Below are positions 9,028 to 19,500 of a stretch of DNA of 64,000 bases, one piece after another. Made by a program: the position numbers and the translations under genes. The notes beneath the pieces were generated by a model that was not told the origin of the DNA, did not search any database, and was given only the letters and a program-made list of their open reading frames with translations. Position 1 is the stretch's first letter. Each line of letters starts with the position of its first letter. The stretch comes from an uncultured Parachlamydiaceae bacterium (lineage in GTDB: Bacteria; Chlamydiota; Chlamydiia; Chlamydiales; Parachlamydiaceae), in assembly GCA_963742415.1 (NCBI GenBank), contig CAVULX010000002.1, forward strand, positions 32,001 to 96,000. The letters run 5' to 3'.

Positions 9028-12000
9028 TTAGTTTGTGGGGATGTTCTGCAGATGAGCCTTTTGGCGGGAGAACAATTTTTCAAATGTGAGATAGAGGACA
9101 GGAGTTACGTACAAAGTCAATAACTGTGAAAAGAGAAGCCCTCCAACAATCACAAGCCCTAACCCCCTTCTCGTTTCAGCATCATCCCCAAAGCCGATGG
9201 CAATGGGCAAGGCGCCCATAATCGCCGCAAACGTCGTCATCATAATTGGGCGAAAACGGATTAAACACCCCTCTATGATAGCTTCCTTAGCAGAGATCTC
9301 TTTTTCTCGCCGAATCTCAAGCGTATAATCGATCATCATGATCCCATTTTTTTTGACGATTCCGATCAAAAGGAGAAAACCTACAATACTAAAAAGAGAT
9401 AAACTCTCTCCAAACGCCATCAACGTCAACACTCCTCCTAAACCTGCAAAAGGCAGGGAAGAAAGAATCGTCAGCGGATGCACAAAACTTTCGTACAAAA
9501 TTCCCAAAACAATGTACATGACAAGAATGGAAGCGATGATCAAGATCATCGTTTCATCTATGGTCGACGCCATGGTAGCAGCAGATCCATACAATTTGCC
9601 TTGAATTGAGGAGGGCAAAACTGATTTAGCCAAAGCTTGAACTTTATCTAAAGCTTTATTTGGAGCTATATTCGGAGCAACAGAAAAACCGATTGTAACC
9701 GTCGGCAAACGGTCGACGTGCCGCAGCTCAGGAGATCCCAAAACTTCCTTCCACGCGACCAAAGCCTTCAGGGGCACGGCTGCCCCATCCTTAGATGTTA
9801 AATACAGCTTTCCAATAGCCGCGGGCTTATCTTTAAAACTTTTTTCCAACTCCAAATAGACATTATACAACTCCCCTTTTTTCTGAATATATGTCAAGGT
9901 GCCGTTGGCATAGGCCCTTTGCAATAAGGATTGAATGTCGTTTTTGGAAAAGCCATATTTCTGCATTTGCTCTTTTTGCAGTTCGAGGACGAGCTTGGGG
10001 TTATCCTTTTGCACATTCACGTTCACAAAGGGGAACTCACCCGATTCCTGCATCTTATTTTTCAATGTCTCAGCCGCTATCTCCACTTCATTGATATCGG
10101 GCCCTTGAAGGATAAATTGATAAGCACCCCCCGTGCTCCAGTCGATGTCCAGGTTGATCAACTGCCATCCGAAACTGAACGTACGTGTTCCTGGAATGGC
10201 ATCAAAACCCTCATTAAGCTCTTGGATCACCTGATTTTGCGGAGGCCTTTGGCTTCGCGGCAAAAGGCGCGTAACCACGATTTGCATGTCGCTCCATTTA
10301 ATGTCTAAAAAGCTATCGACAGCAGGATTTGATTGGACGTGCTTTTCAATTTTTTGTTGATATTCATTTAAAGTTTTATCTGAAATCCCTTTGGGCAAAT
10401 TGATCGAACTGAGGATAAATCCCCGATCTTCCTCTGGGAAAAGTTTGATCGGAAGGGAATGAAACAAAGGATAAATTGCAATCAGGCAAAGTAAAGCTAC
10501 TCCTAAAATCGTTTTGGGATGATCGATGCACCAGCGCAAAGTCAAATTATAGCCTCGCACCATTTTTCCGTTTGCGGCAGACACCCATTTTTGGAGGGAG
10601 GTCTCTTTCTGGTGGGAGACCAAAAAGCGGCGGCATAACATAGGCGTCAATGTTAAAGAAACAAATCCTGAAATCAGGATGGCACAAGCAAGTGTGACGC
10701 TAAATTCGTGGAATAAGAGACCATTGATTCCCCCCATAAAGAGTAAAGGAACAAACACAGCCACCAAAGACAGGGTCATCGAAATAATCGTAAAACATAT
10801 TTCTTTAGATCCTCTAAGGGAAGCTTCCAGAGGAGGTAATCCTTTTTCATTATGCCTGACGATATTTTCTAAAACCACAATCGCATCATCAACGACAAAT
10901 CCTACGGCCAAGGTAAGTGCCAGCAAGGAGAGAATATCTATATTGAAATTGAACAGATACATCGCGATAAAAGTGCCGATCAATGACATGGGAAGAGCAA
11001 CACTGGGAATAAGCGCCTCTGACAGACGTCCTAAGCTTAGGAAAATCACAAGAACAACAAGCGCAAATGCAAAAAACAGGGACCATTCCACATCGAAAAT
11101 CGATTCATGAATCCAATTGGCTTTATCGAACCACACCTCTAAATGCATCGAGGAGGGTAGATCTTTATTGATCTCAGATACAAGCGCATGCACCCCTTTT
11201 GAGATCTCCACTGTATTGGCATCGGTGATTTTTTTGACTCCTAGAATATAAGCTGCCTTAGTGCTCTCTTTGGTGACAAAACGAAATTCATGTTTATCCG
11301 ATTGTCCTTCGGTGACTGTTCCGATATCTTTTAGGTAGACGGGACCGGGAGCAATCAGAAGATTAGCAAAGTCTTTTGGATTTTGCAGCCGCCCCCCCAA
11401 CTCGATCGATAAGGATTTTGTCCCTGTCTTGATCGAACCCAAAGGGAGTTCGGAGTTTTGTTGCCGAATGGCATTCACGACTTGATCCAATCCAATTTGC
11501 CGTGCACTCATGAGTTCAGGATTTAGCCGGATCGTTATCGCATAGCGTGCTCCATGTTGATCTACGGAAGAAACCCCTTCGATTCGGGAGATTCTGGGGA
11601 TGATGTAAGTATCTGAATATTCCCGAAGATCAGCAACGGGAACTGAAGAAGAGGTCATCAGCAAAAACATGATGGGATCCCGTCCCCCTTCCATTTTTCG
11701 ATAGGCGGGCCGCTCCTCCATATCGCGAGGTAATTTCCCTTCGGTATTATTTAACGCGTGTTGCACATCCCTCATCGCCACATCCAAATCTTTATCGAAA
11801 TCAAAATGAAGAAAGATTTCAGTAAATTCTTGGGTAGTGGTCGATGAAACTTCTTTGACCCCTTTAATCGACATCAGTTCTTTTTCTAAGTGGCTGGTAA
11901 TGAGATTTACCATGGTGTCAGGCGTAGCGCCTGAATAATGCGCGCTCACAGAAATACGAGGCTTATCGATGTTTGGCAAATCACTCACAGGAAGCTTTCT

Positions 12001-12087
12001 GAAAGCAAAACAGCCTGCAAGCAAGATAGCCAGCATCACCAGGGTGGTCATGACAGGACGTTGGATGAATGGGGCTGAAAAATTCAT
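9028..12087 (-). CDS. RND efflux permease (AcrB/MdtBC family)
   Basis: FIQRPV, GFVVDDAIVVLENI, GIVKKNGIMMID, RFRPIMMTT; ~1020 aa; start probably MNFSAPF. Confidence 0.95.
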   Translation of the reverse strand: MNFSAPFIQRPVMTTLVMLAILLAGCFAFRKLPVSDLPNIDKPRISVSAHYSGATPDTMVNLITSHLEKELMSIKGVKEVSSTTTQEFTEIFLHFDFDKDLDVAMRDVQHALNNTEGKLPRDMEERPAYRKMEGGRDPIMFLLMTSSSVPVADLREYSDTYIIPRISRIEGVSSVDQHGARYAITIRLNPELMSARQIGLDQVVNAIRQQNSELPLGSIKTGTKSLSIELGGRLQNPKDFANLLIAPGPVYLKDIGTVTEGQSDKHEFRFVTKESTKAAYILGVKKITDANTVEISKGVHALVSEINKDLPSSMHLEVWFDKANWIHESIFDVEWSLFFAFALVVLVIFLSLGRLSEALIPSVALPMSLIGTFIAMYLFNFNIDILSLLALTLAVGFVVDDAIVVLENIVRHNEKGLPPLEASLRGSKEICFTIISMTLSLVAVFVPLLFMGGINGLLFHEFSVTLACAILISGFVSLTLTPMLCRRFLVSHQKETSLQKWVSAANGKMVRGYNLTLRWCIDHPKTILGVALLCLIAIYPLFHSLPIKLFPEEDRGFILSSINLPKGISDKTLNEYQQKIEKHVQSNPAVDSFLDIKWSDMQIVVTRLLPRSQRPPQNQVIQELNEGFDAIPGTRTFSFGWQLINLDIDWSTGGAYQFILQGPDINEVEIAAETLKNKMQESGEFPFVNVNVQKDNPKLVLELQKEQMQKYGFSKNDIQSLLQRAYANGTLTYIQKKGELYNVYLELEKSFKDKPAAIGKLYLTSKDGAAVPLKALVAWKEVLGSPELRHVDRLPTVTIGFSVAPNIAPNKALDKVQALAKSVLPSSIQGKLYGSAATMASTIDETMILIIASILVMYIVLGILYESFVHPLTILSSLPFAGLGGVLTLMAFGESLSLFSIVGFLLLIGIVKKNGIMMIDYTLEIRREKEISAKEAIIEGCLIRFRPIMMTTFAAIMGALPIAIGFGDDAETRRGLGLVIVGGLLFSQLLTLYVTPVLYLTFEKLFSRQKAHLQNIPTN

Positions 12088-12094
12088 ACCATTT

Positions 12095-13249
12095 TTACTG
12101 CTGTTTAATTTCAATTTTAGAACCTGGGGAAAGGCGCAAATGCCCTTCTGTAACGATCTTTTCGCCGGGAACTACCCCTTCGAGGACTATGACAGCGTTT
12201 CCAATTTCTTCCCCTAATACAACTTGTCTAATTTCGACCGTATTGTCTTCTTTGACGACATAGACATAGGGGCCTTGTTGGTTGATCTTAACCCCTTTTT
12301 GGGGAAGTAATTTAGCCTGTTGAATAATACCTGCAGGCATTTTTACTTTCACGCTCTGGCCAGGCAAAAATCGGGATTCCGAGTTATCAAAACAACCGCG
12401 TACGTGCAAAAGTCCCGTTTGTGGATTATAAGCCTGATTGAAAAAGGTAAGAGTCCCTTTAACTTCTTGGGTCCCGCATAATGTCTGGACCTCAAAAGGG
12501 CAATCTCCTCGGAAGTGATCCGGTGTCAGTTGTCCCACCTCTTTTTCTGTTAAGGTAAATTCCACAATCAAGGGATCTATTTGGTTAAGGGTCGCCAAAG
12601 GGGATTCTTGAGAGGCACACACTAAATTCCCTGGATTGACTTCCACTTTGCCGACCTTTCCACTCATTGGAGCGAGGATCTTGCAACGCTCAAGGTCCAG
12701 AGCTGCAGAGGAAACGCGTGCTTCCTCTTCTGCGGCTTGCGCTTCAGACTTATCGACTTCCAGAGCGATTTCATCCCACTCTTGCTCTGGAATCAACTCT
12801 TTGTTTGTCAAACTGTTGTAGCGTTCTATCTTTTTACGCATGGTATTCCGTTCAGCCACCTTTTGTGCAAGTTTCGCTTGAGCTTCTTGGAATTTAAAAA
12901 GGTAAGATTGTGGATCGATTGTAAAAAGCGGCGCTCTCTTTTCAACTGTCTCCCCTTCGAAAAAATGGACTTCTACCAACATCCCATTGACCTGAGGACG
13001 AATTTCAACTGTTGCAGCAGCATTTAATACCCCAATCGATTCAAAATAGAAAGGAACATCTCGCACTTCCACCTCTGAAACGAAGACAGGAACCACGGGA
13101 ATTTTCATTTCCTGGTTAGATGAAGGGTTCGAAGAACAAGAAGCCAAAAAGGTTAATCCAATAGCTATGGATCCCAAAGATCCACAGGCAACTTCCGCCA
13201 ATTTAACGCAGGCATTATGTAAAAAGGATGTTAGGGTGATCGATCGCAT
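12095..13249 (-). CDS. RND periplasmic adaptor (membrane fusion protein)
   Basis: VEIRPQVNG, LFTIDP, ILAPMSGKVG, GVVPGEKIVTEG; lipobox-like FLASC; ATG 13249 with GGAGG. Confidence 0.92.
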   Translation of the reverse strand: MRSITLTSFLHNACVKLAEVACGSLGSIAIGLTFLASCSSNPSSNQEMKIPVVPVFVSEVEVRDVPFYFESIGVLNAAATVEIRPQVNGMLVEVHFFEGETVEKRAPLFTIDPQSYLFKFQEAQAKLAQKVAERNTMRKKIERYNSLTNKELIPEQEWDEIALEVDKSEAQAAEEEARVSSAALDLERCKILAPMSGKVGKVEVNPGNLVCASQESPLATLNQIDPLIVEFTLTEKEVGQLTPDHFRGDCPFEVQTLCGTQEVKGTLTFFNQAYNPQTGLLHVRGCFDNSESRFLPGQSVKVKMPAGIIQQAKLLPQKGVKINQQGPYVYVVKEDNTVEIRQVVLGEEIGNAVIVLEGVVPGEKIVTEGHLRLSPGSKIEIKQQ

Positions 13250-14577
13250 GGTCCCTCCGTATATTGAGCTATCGTCCCTGTGGCATAAGCTAATTGTGCT
13301 AAGGTACGATACCAATTTATTTTCGCTTCGCTCCGCTTGATTCTTGATTCAGCAAGCTGCCGTTCAGCTAATGTTAGATCGAAGATCGATTGCATTCCTG
13401 TCTTATACTTATCGAAGACGCCTTTGAATACTTCGGAGGAATTTTTGAAATTGTCTTGTGCATATTTCAAAATCTTCTGAGCGGCTTCAAAATGGCGGCT
13501 ATAAGTCAGAATTTCAAGGGTGATCTCGAGCTCTAGTTTTTCTAATTCAGCCTCGGTGGTTGCTTGGTCTGCATAAGCCATCCGGTTTTGATAAACCGAT
13601 GCGAATCCATTGAAAAGAGGAATTTCAAGATTTATGCCGACATTGTAGCAAAAGCCATTGGTTCGGTCATGCAGGTAGCGCTTATAACCCGAATCAGCAT
13701 CAAGTCTCAACTTTGGCCAATATTTTTTTTCAATTTTTTCCCTTTCAGCTTGGTTTTTGACCAATTCGGCCCATTTCATCATGAGATCGGCTCTCTCATT
13801 TTTGGCTAAATCTATCAAGCAGTCAATTCCTTTTTCCAAGCGCAAATCTGGAACAGGTTCGGGTAATAAAGCTATATCTAATACTTGATCATACGGCAAC
13901 CCGATGGTAAGCATGACTTTGCCTCGTGCGACGTCCACATCGGCTTTTTTCTGAGCTATTTGCATTTCAAGCTCAGCCACAGTGGCTTTTGCGGCATAGA
14001 GATCTGTCACCGAGCGCAATCCTGCTTTTTTGAGCTCCTCGGCAGCTTTTAATGCCTCTAAGGCATCTTTTAACGAAGCTTCATATGCTTCAAGGATCTC
14101 AAGGGCATTGAAGTAAGAGTAGACGCTGCTGATCACCCGGAGCATCACTTTTTGAATGGAGCCATCCGACTGCCACTGGGCCATCCATAAAGCCGCTTTT
14201 GCGGCTTGGTTTGCGGCTTTTCTTTCTCCAAAGTCATAAAGCAAGTAAGAAAGGAGCAAGTCCCCGTCGAGTCTTGTGTAGACAGTTTCTTTTCCATTGG
14301 GAAATTTATAGTCCCGTCCATGACTCGCCGCTAAATTTGCACTTATCACGGGATAGTAGGAGGAGGCTTCCAGCTTGCATGCGGCTGCAGCTCTCGTTGC
14401 ATTCCACCATGCGGAGCGTGTTTCAGGCGAGCTGCTCAAAGCCATATCGATCAATTGAGGAATTGTGACTGGTTCGGAATAATTTTCAATTTGGAATGGA
14501 TCATCACAGCTTCCCCAACTAAATGAGGCCGAAAGATTCAGCAGAATAATAAAGATGATATGCTGAGATTTGAGCAT
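13231..14577 (-). CDS. TolC-family outer membrane efflux protein
   Basis: Signal peptide, SYYP, LLYDFG, IPLFNG, helical repeats; operon with adaptor and RND permease. Confidence 0.9.
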   Translation of the reverse strand: MLKSQHIIFIILLNLSASFSWGSCDDPFQIENYSEPVTIPQLIDMALSSSPETRSAWWNATRAAAACKLEASSYYPVISANLAASHGRDYKFPNGKETVYTRLDGDLLLSYLLYDFGERKAANQAAKAALWMAQWQSDGSIQKVMLRVISSVYSYFNALEILEAYEASLKDALEALKAAEELKKAGLRSVTDLYAAKATVAELEMQIAQKKADVDVARGKVMLTIGLPYDQVLDIALLPEPVPDLRLEKGIDCLIDLAKNERADLMMKWAELVKNQAEREKIEKKYWPKLRLDADSGYKRYLHDRTNGFCYNVGINLEIPLFNGFASVYQNRMAYADQATTEAELEKLELEITLEILTYSRHFEAAQKILKYAQDNFKNSSEVFKGVFDKYKTGMQSIFDLTLAERQLAESRIKRSEAKINWYRTLAQLAYATGTIAQYTEGPCDRSP

Positions 14578-14728
14578 GTTTCCTCAACAAGTTGATGAAC
14601 AGACTGACGAATGGGTACAAATCTAGCTTAAATTTCAGCAGAAGTCAACTGCTTTTATATCGACCGTGCCCATGCCCACGCCCGATTTAACCATTTTCGG
14701 GCTCTGGCAGAGCACAAAAGGGGAAGGG

Positions 14729-15658
14729 CTACGCCATCGGGGAACCAAAATAGACACAATATTGCTTTGAATTTTGCTTCCATTGCAAAGTTTGACCCCA
14801 ATGCATGGAGGAAAAGGGACATCCAAAGCGGGTGGAGAAACTGGTTTTTACCGTTTTTCCATCGGTAATATTGGCATCAACTAACATATCACCTCCACAA
14901 TAGAGCATGACATGCCCAATTTTTTCAGGGGCATTTACATCAGACAAAAAAATCAAATCGGCCACTTCCAAATCCTTTGGTTCCCGTTTGACACATTTTA
15001 AAAACTGATCCTTCGCATTTCGGGGTAAATCTATCCCTTGCGTGCGATAGAGCAAATTCACCAATCCTGAACAATCGCAGCCGGTCAGCTTTTCGGCCAT
15101 AGCCGGATCATGCGCGCTTCGCCCTCCCCAAAGATAAGGTTGACCTAGAAAAAGCTCCCCATTTGCTGCTATGCGCTGCCGGGAAATCGGGGAAAAACCT
15201 TCCCGCACAAATTCGATGTCTTCCCCCCTTATGGCTCCTTGTCCTTTGTCATGTAAGTCAATCCAGCACCATTCTCCAGAGTGTTCGATGATCTCCAAGC
15301 GGGTGCCGAAGGAGAGGGATAAAATCACGGGACTGCTTTTATCGACAGCTTGATAAATATCGGCCCAACTTTTTTTTATATAGCCTTTAGGGCGGGGCTG
15401 ACCTTGAATCTTCGAAGTGAAGGCTTTTTTTATCCAACCAGGATATCCTGTCCATCCAGAGGGGCTATTATAGGGTTGTTCCAGCGCTTCCACGAACAGC
15501 CATTCTCCTTGAGTTTGCTTCACTAGGACACATTCACCATATAAAAGCTGGGTCTCTTGGTCGAAATCCCTTGCATATGTGATTCTTTCGGGTTCTTTTG
15601 GTCCGCGCCGCAAGTCTGCCACAGGGGTATGAACTCTAAAAATTTGCCTTTCGCTCAT
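14729..15658 (-). CDS. SH3 + NlpC/P60 peptidase (YkfC-like peptidoglycan peptide hydrolase)
   Basis: ETQLLYGE, FLGQPYLWGG, DCSGLV, LPRNAKDQ, DLIF, GHVMLY catalytic Cys/His; no signal peptide. Confidence 0.9.
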   Translation of the reverse strand: MSERQIFRVHTPVADLRRGPKEPERITYARDFDQETQLLYGECVLVKQTQGEWLFVEALEQPYNSPSGWTGYPGWIKKAFTSKIQGQPRPKGYIKKSWADIYQAVDKSSPVILSLSFGTRLEIIEHSGEWCWIDLHDKGQGAIRGEDIEFVREGFSPISRQRIAANGELFLGQPYLWGGRSAHDPAMAEKLTGCDCSGLVNLLYRTQGIDLPRNAKDQFLKCVKREPKDLEVADLIFLSDVNAPEKIGHVMLYCGGDMLVDANITDGKTVKTSFSTRFGCPFSSMHWGQTLQWKQNSKQYCVYFGSPMA

Positions 15659-15787
15659 ATTCTTCTCTTATTTTGGATGTTTTAGGAGTTAAAATAGTGA
15701 ATGTGATATGACAATAATAATATATAACTCAATTCAATTTGTTATATAGCTGATTCTTTTTGTATGCAGTAAACCGTTACAAACCTT

Positions 15788-16345
15788 ATGAAAGATCCTA
15801 TTGAAAAACCACCTTATGATTTTCGCCAAGACCTGATCGCCTTGGTAAATGAATTAAAGGAAGGATCTGGCATGATGTACGGCGAACCGAGAATAGTAAA
15901 AAAGAAACAAATTTACACTCAAACACTCAGAGAAATTTTAAAAGCGGAAAAACACTCTCTTTATCTTTTAGAGCGACGATCGAAACTCCGCATAGATAAG
16001 GCTTTTTACAAGCATAACTATGTTGACAAAGGTGTTTTAGATATAGAAATTTTTTCTATTAATCTTTTTGCATTACTTTTGAATCCGACCCTTTTTGATT
16101 CCCTGGTGATGATTGACAAGAAGCAAAACGTATTAAAAATGGTCGCCGGCATCCCCCTTCCTCCTGCTCGTTCTAACTTTTTACTCAAGGTTAGCTATAT
16201 CCAAGATCCAGAACGTCCCGACAAGCGGATCGAAGTGGGAAAACAGATGAGAATTTATCGGATGAAGAAAAACGAACATCTTGTTTTTAAAGCCCTTCTA
16301 CAAAAAGTTAGGGAAGCGATTCATAAACAACTGGATTTGATTTAG
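15788..16345 (+). CDS. Hypothetical basic protein
   Basis: 185-aa ORF filling the gap between AT-rich spacers; no recognised motif. Confidence 0.65.
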   Translation: MKDPIEKPPYDFRQDLIALVNELKEGSGMMYGEPRIVKKKQIYTQTLREILKAEKHSLYLLERRSKLRIDKAFYKHNYVDKGVLDIEIFSINLFALLLNPTLFDSLVMIDKKQNVLKMVAGIPLPPARSNFLLKVSYIQDPERPDKRIEVGKQMRIYRMKKNEHLVFKALLQKVREAIHKQLDLI

Positions 16346-16528
16346 AGGGTGTTCATAAACTTTCCACAAGGTCAAAATTTTTTTAAATTTTAATTGTTTT
16401 TTAGCAACCGAAATATTAGAATGCGAAACTTATAATATTGTGGTTGTTACATAAAACCCACCTTAGTTGTATCCATAATACTGTAATTAATAAAGAACAT
16501 ATTTTAATAAAAATTTAAATTTATTTTT

Positions 16529-19500
16529 ATGAATGTGCCTGATGCTATAAGCCTCATTGCCCTTCTTAGAGAACATGCAGATTTCAATAAACCTTTAAAG
16601 CCGCAACTCGAAGATCTTTTTGTCACTTCTCCGTTTTCTGAAGGGACTGTTTATCTAAGAAAAAGCTGGAAAGGACGTATCGTCTCTTTTATTCAATTTC
16701 CTTGGCAAAAGAGTGTATCGGCTATCAAAACAGAACGATGCATAGCCAAAGCAATTGCCTTATTGCCAAAGGAAGACACAGAAAAAGTCAAACAAGGATT
16801 AGAAGGTTTCAGAATATCTCAATTATTTCGGGAATGCCCCTTTTCACCCGAAGTTTTTACCATGGAACAAATGCCTGTTTTACCATTCGCTGAATCGACA
16901 TGCATTGAACAAATAAAAAAAACTCAAACTGAAAATATAAAAAAAGAAAAAGAAAAAGCACAAAGCCTCTCATTACTAAGGGGCGTCTCCGTAAATAGCG
17001 ATGTCAAAATTGATTTTTCCCTATTTGAAGCTCTGTTTAATTTGGAAGACAAACAAAAGCTGCCCTCCATTCTAGACTATTTAAAAAAGTTTCTTACCAA
17101 GCACCCTGAATATGCTTCCCCTCAAGTGGAACAAAAAATAGCTGCTCTTACGGAAGGGTTGGAAGAAGAAACCGAAATGTCCAAAAGCTTTTTTAAGAAT
17201 GGGAAACCTCTCCCTTCAGAAATCCGTATTAAGCGGATGCATGAAATAAGCATCGAGATGGTCAATAAAGTCCAATCTTTAGATGCTAAACAAAAGCAAA
17301 AAAAACTCTTTTTCTTTAGCTTCGGCCATTCTTCCCCTTCAATTAGCTCTTTTTTTGCAAAGCTTCATCTTCTTCCTGAAAAAGTCCTGCATCAGTTTCC
17401 AGAACCGATAAAGAAATTCATTCAAGAAGGGCAACTGCCTGACCCTGAAACGTTGTCGACTCAATTGATAGAAGCATGCCTAAAAAAGGTTCAAAAAGAA
17501 TTTCCTGACATTCATCTAAATGAAATTTTTGGTTCTTCTTTAAATGATCTGGATATTAAAGATTTCAATTACATGTTCGACAACCCTTCCAGGGAAATGC
17601 CTCTGCTCCTCGCATTTTTTCTACCAGACATTTTTGAACCTTACGCTCACTCAATTTTACAGAAAGGGGGTTTTTCGTTAGTTTCCCATTATTTCGATGC
17701 TCCTATCGTGAAATTCGCCTTGCAGTGGATAGCGCAAAACGGCAAAGAAATCCTTAATAAAGACTGCCGTCCCGAATTTCTTAAAAAAAAGAAAGAAGAA
17801 CTCACTGACTTGATTGGACAGTTAATCGATGAAAATTTTCAAAAAATCACCGATGAAATCATTGCCCATCTAAAAAATGTTCAGACGGTTCTTCCTCCGG
17901 AAATCATCGAACTTTTAGATCTTGATAGTCTCTTCAGCTCCGGGCCGGTTTGGTTGGAATTTGAAAAGCAAAAAGATGAATCCTTCAACTTAGCTATTTA
18001 CACCTTGGGAAACGGCTTAAATTATCACCCTCGTCATTATCGCACAGGAAAACCCTATGCCGTTCTACGTCTATCTAAAATTACAAAAGAACGAATTAAT
18101 ACCGATTTTTTCTATTCGCTTCTACAAACTCATTTCGAGCCATTATGGGACCCCAAAGCCTCATCTAAAGCTTCAGACATTTATTTAGGCCCTATTGCCT
18201 ACCTGAAGGGTCAACCCAGCTCTAATAGATCGGAAGACCATCAAATCGACGATAATTCCTCTGCTGCCGAATGGCGCATAGTCTGCACGCAATTGCTGAA
18301 ACCTTTCGATGAAAAAAACAATCCCATTTTTGAGATGCACCTGGAAGCATTGGTTCAGTTTTGTCAACCCTATTTAACAGGTCCTGACCGGACACTTGTT
18401 ATTCCTAATGAAAAATGGGACAAAATCATCCCTCTTCTTGAGAAGAGCCTCTCTGTTCTAGAAGCAGAAATGATTCCTATTAAGAAGATAAAAAAGTGCG
18501 AAAAAAAAGTATCGCAAGTGGATGCTACAATAGCTGAAATCAAAAATGCGATCGATGCTTTTAAAAAGACAAACTTCAAAAAATTAGCAGATAAAAAGGA
18601 AGACCCCTTAGACTTTGCCTCAAACGATAGCATCAAGGAGGGTTTTCAATCTTTATGTGAAGACGCAGGAATCAATGAGCAATCGCTTTCCTCAATTCGG
18701 GATATATTTACTTGGCTTTTAGGTGATGAAGGGACGCAGCTTTTCGATTCTTTTATCCTTCCTTATAAAGATCTTATCCCAAAATTTCCGGCCTCAACAG
18801 ATGCGGCGCCCGAAGTTTCTTCTAAAGAAAAGACTAAAGTAAACAACCGATCGGAACCAAGCGGGAACCCGGGTTCCTATTTTGAAATTTATCTTTCCAT
18901 TGCCGCAACGATGATCCGATTGATTCAAGCAGGCTTGGGATTTTACCAATATCAGTTGGGACATTTTTTAAAATGGCCTTTTCTTTTGTCAATGCTGCCA
19001 AAAATAATTCCGGCTTCCGTTTGGGAATGGTACAACAAAGTGATGTTAGCAGTTAAATTCCAGCTCGCTCGTCTGGGGGTTCACATCCTCTGGAATTACA
19101 TTCTAGATGAAAGTCAAAGAAAAAAAGTATCAGCATTTTGGGATCGGATGCAAGAAAAGATCAAACAAACTCGCTCCCACATTGAAAGGAAAACGGCGAT
19201 TTCATATAGACTTGAAATGGCCACGGATATTCCTGATATAACGACTAAAAAGCCGCAGCTTTTAAACTTTGAGCCAGACAAAATAAGGGGCCAATTCACA
19301 AAAGGGGAACTCAAGCCCTCCCCTTACCACCTGCCCCCTTTTCCCCTATATAGAAAGGGGATTAAGCCAACATCGTCTCTTGAACTAAACGAGGCCTTAG
19401 AAGCTATACTAAAAGAAAGTCGCGAATTACCCTCAGCTGAAGCCAAAGCCCCCTTCCTTGTTCATCATATTTTAAGGCTCGACAGCCCCTTGTTCAGTAG

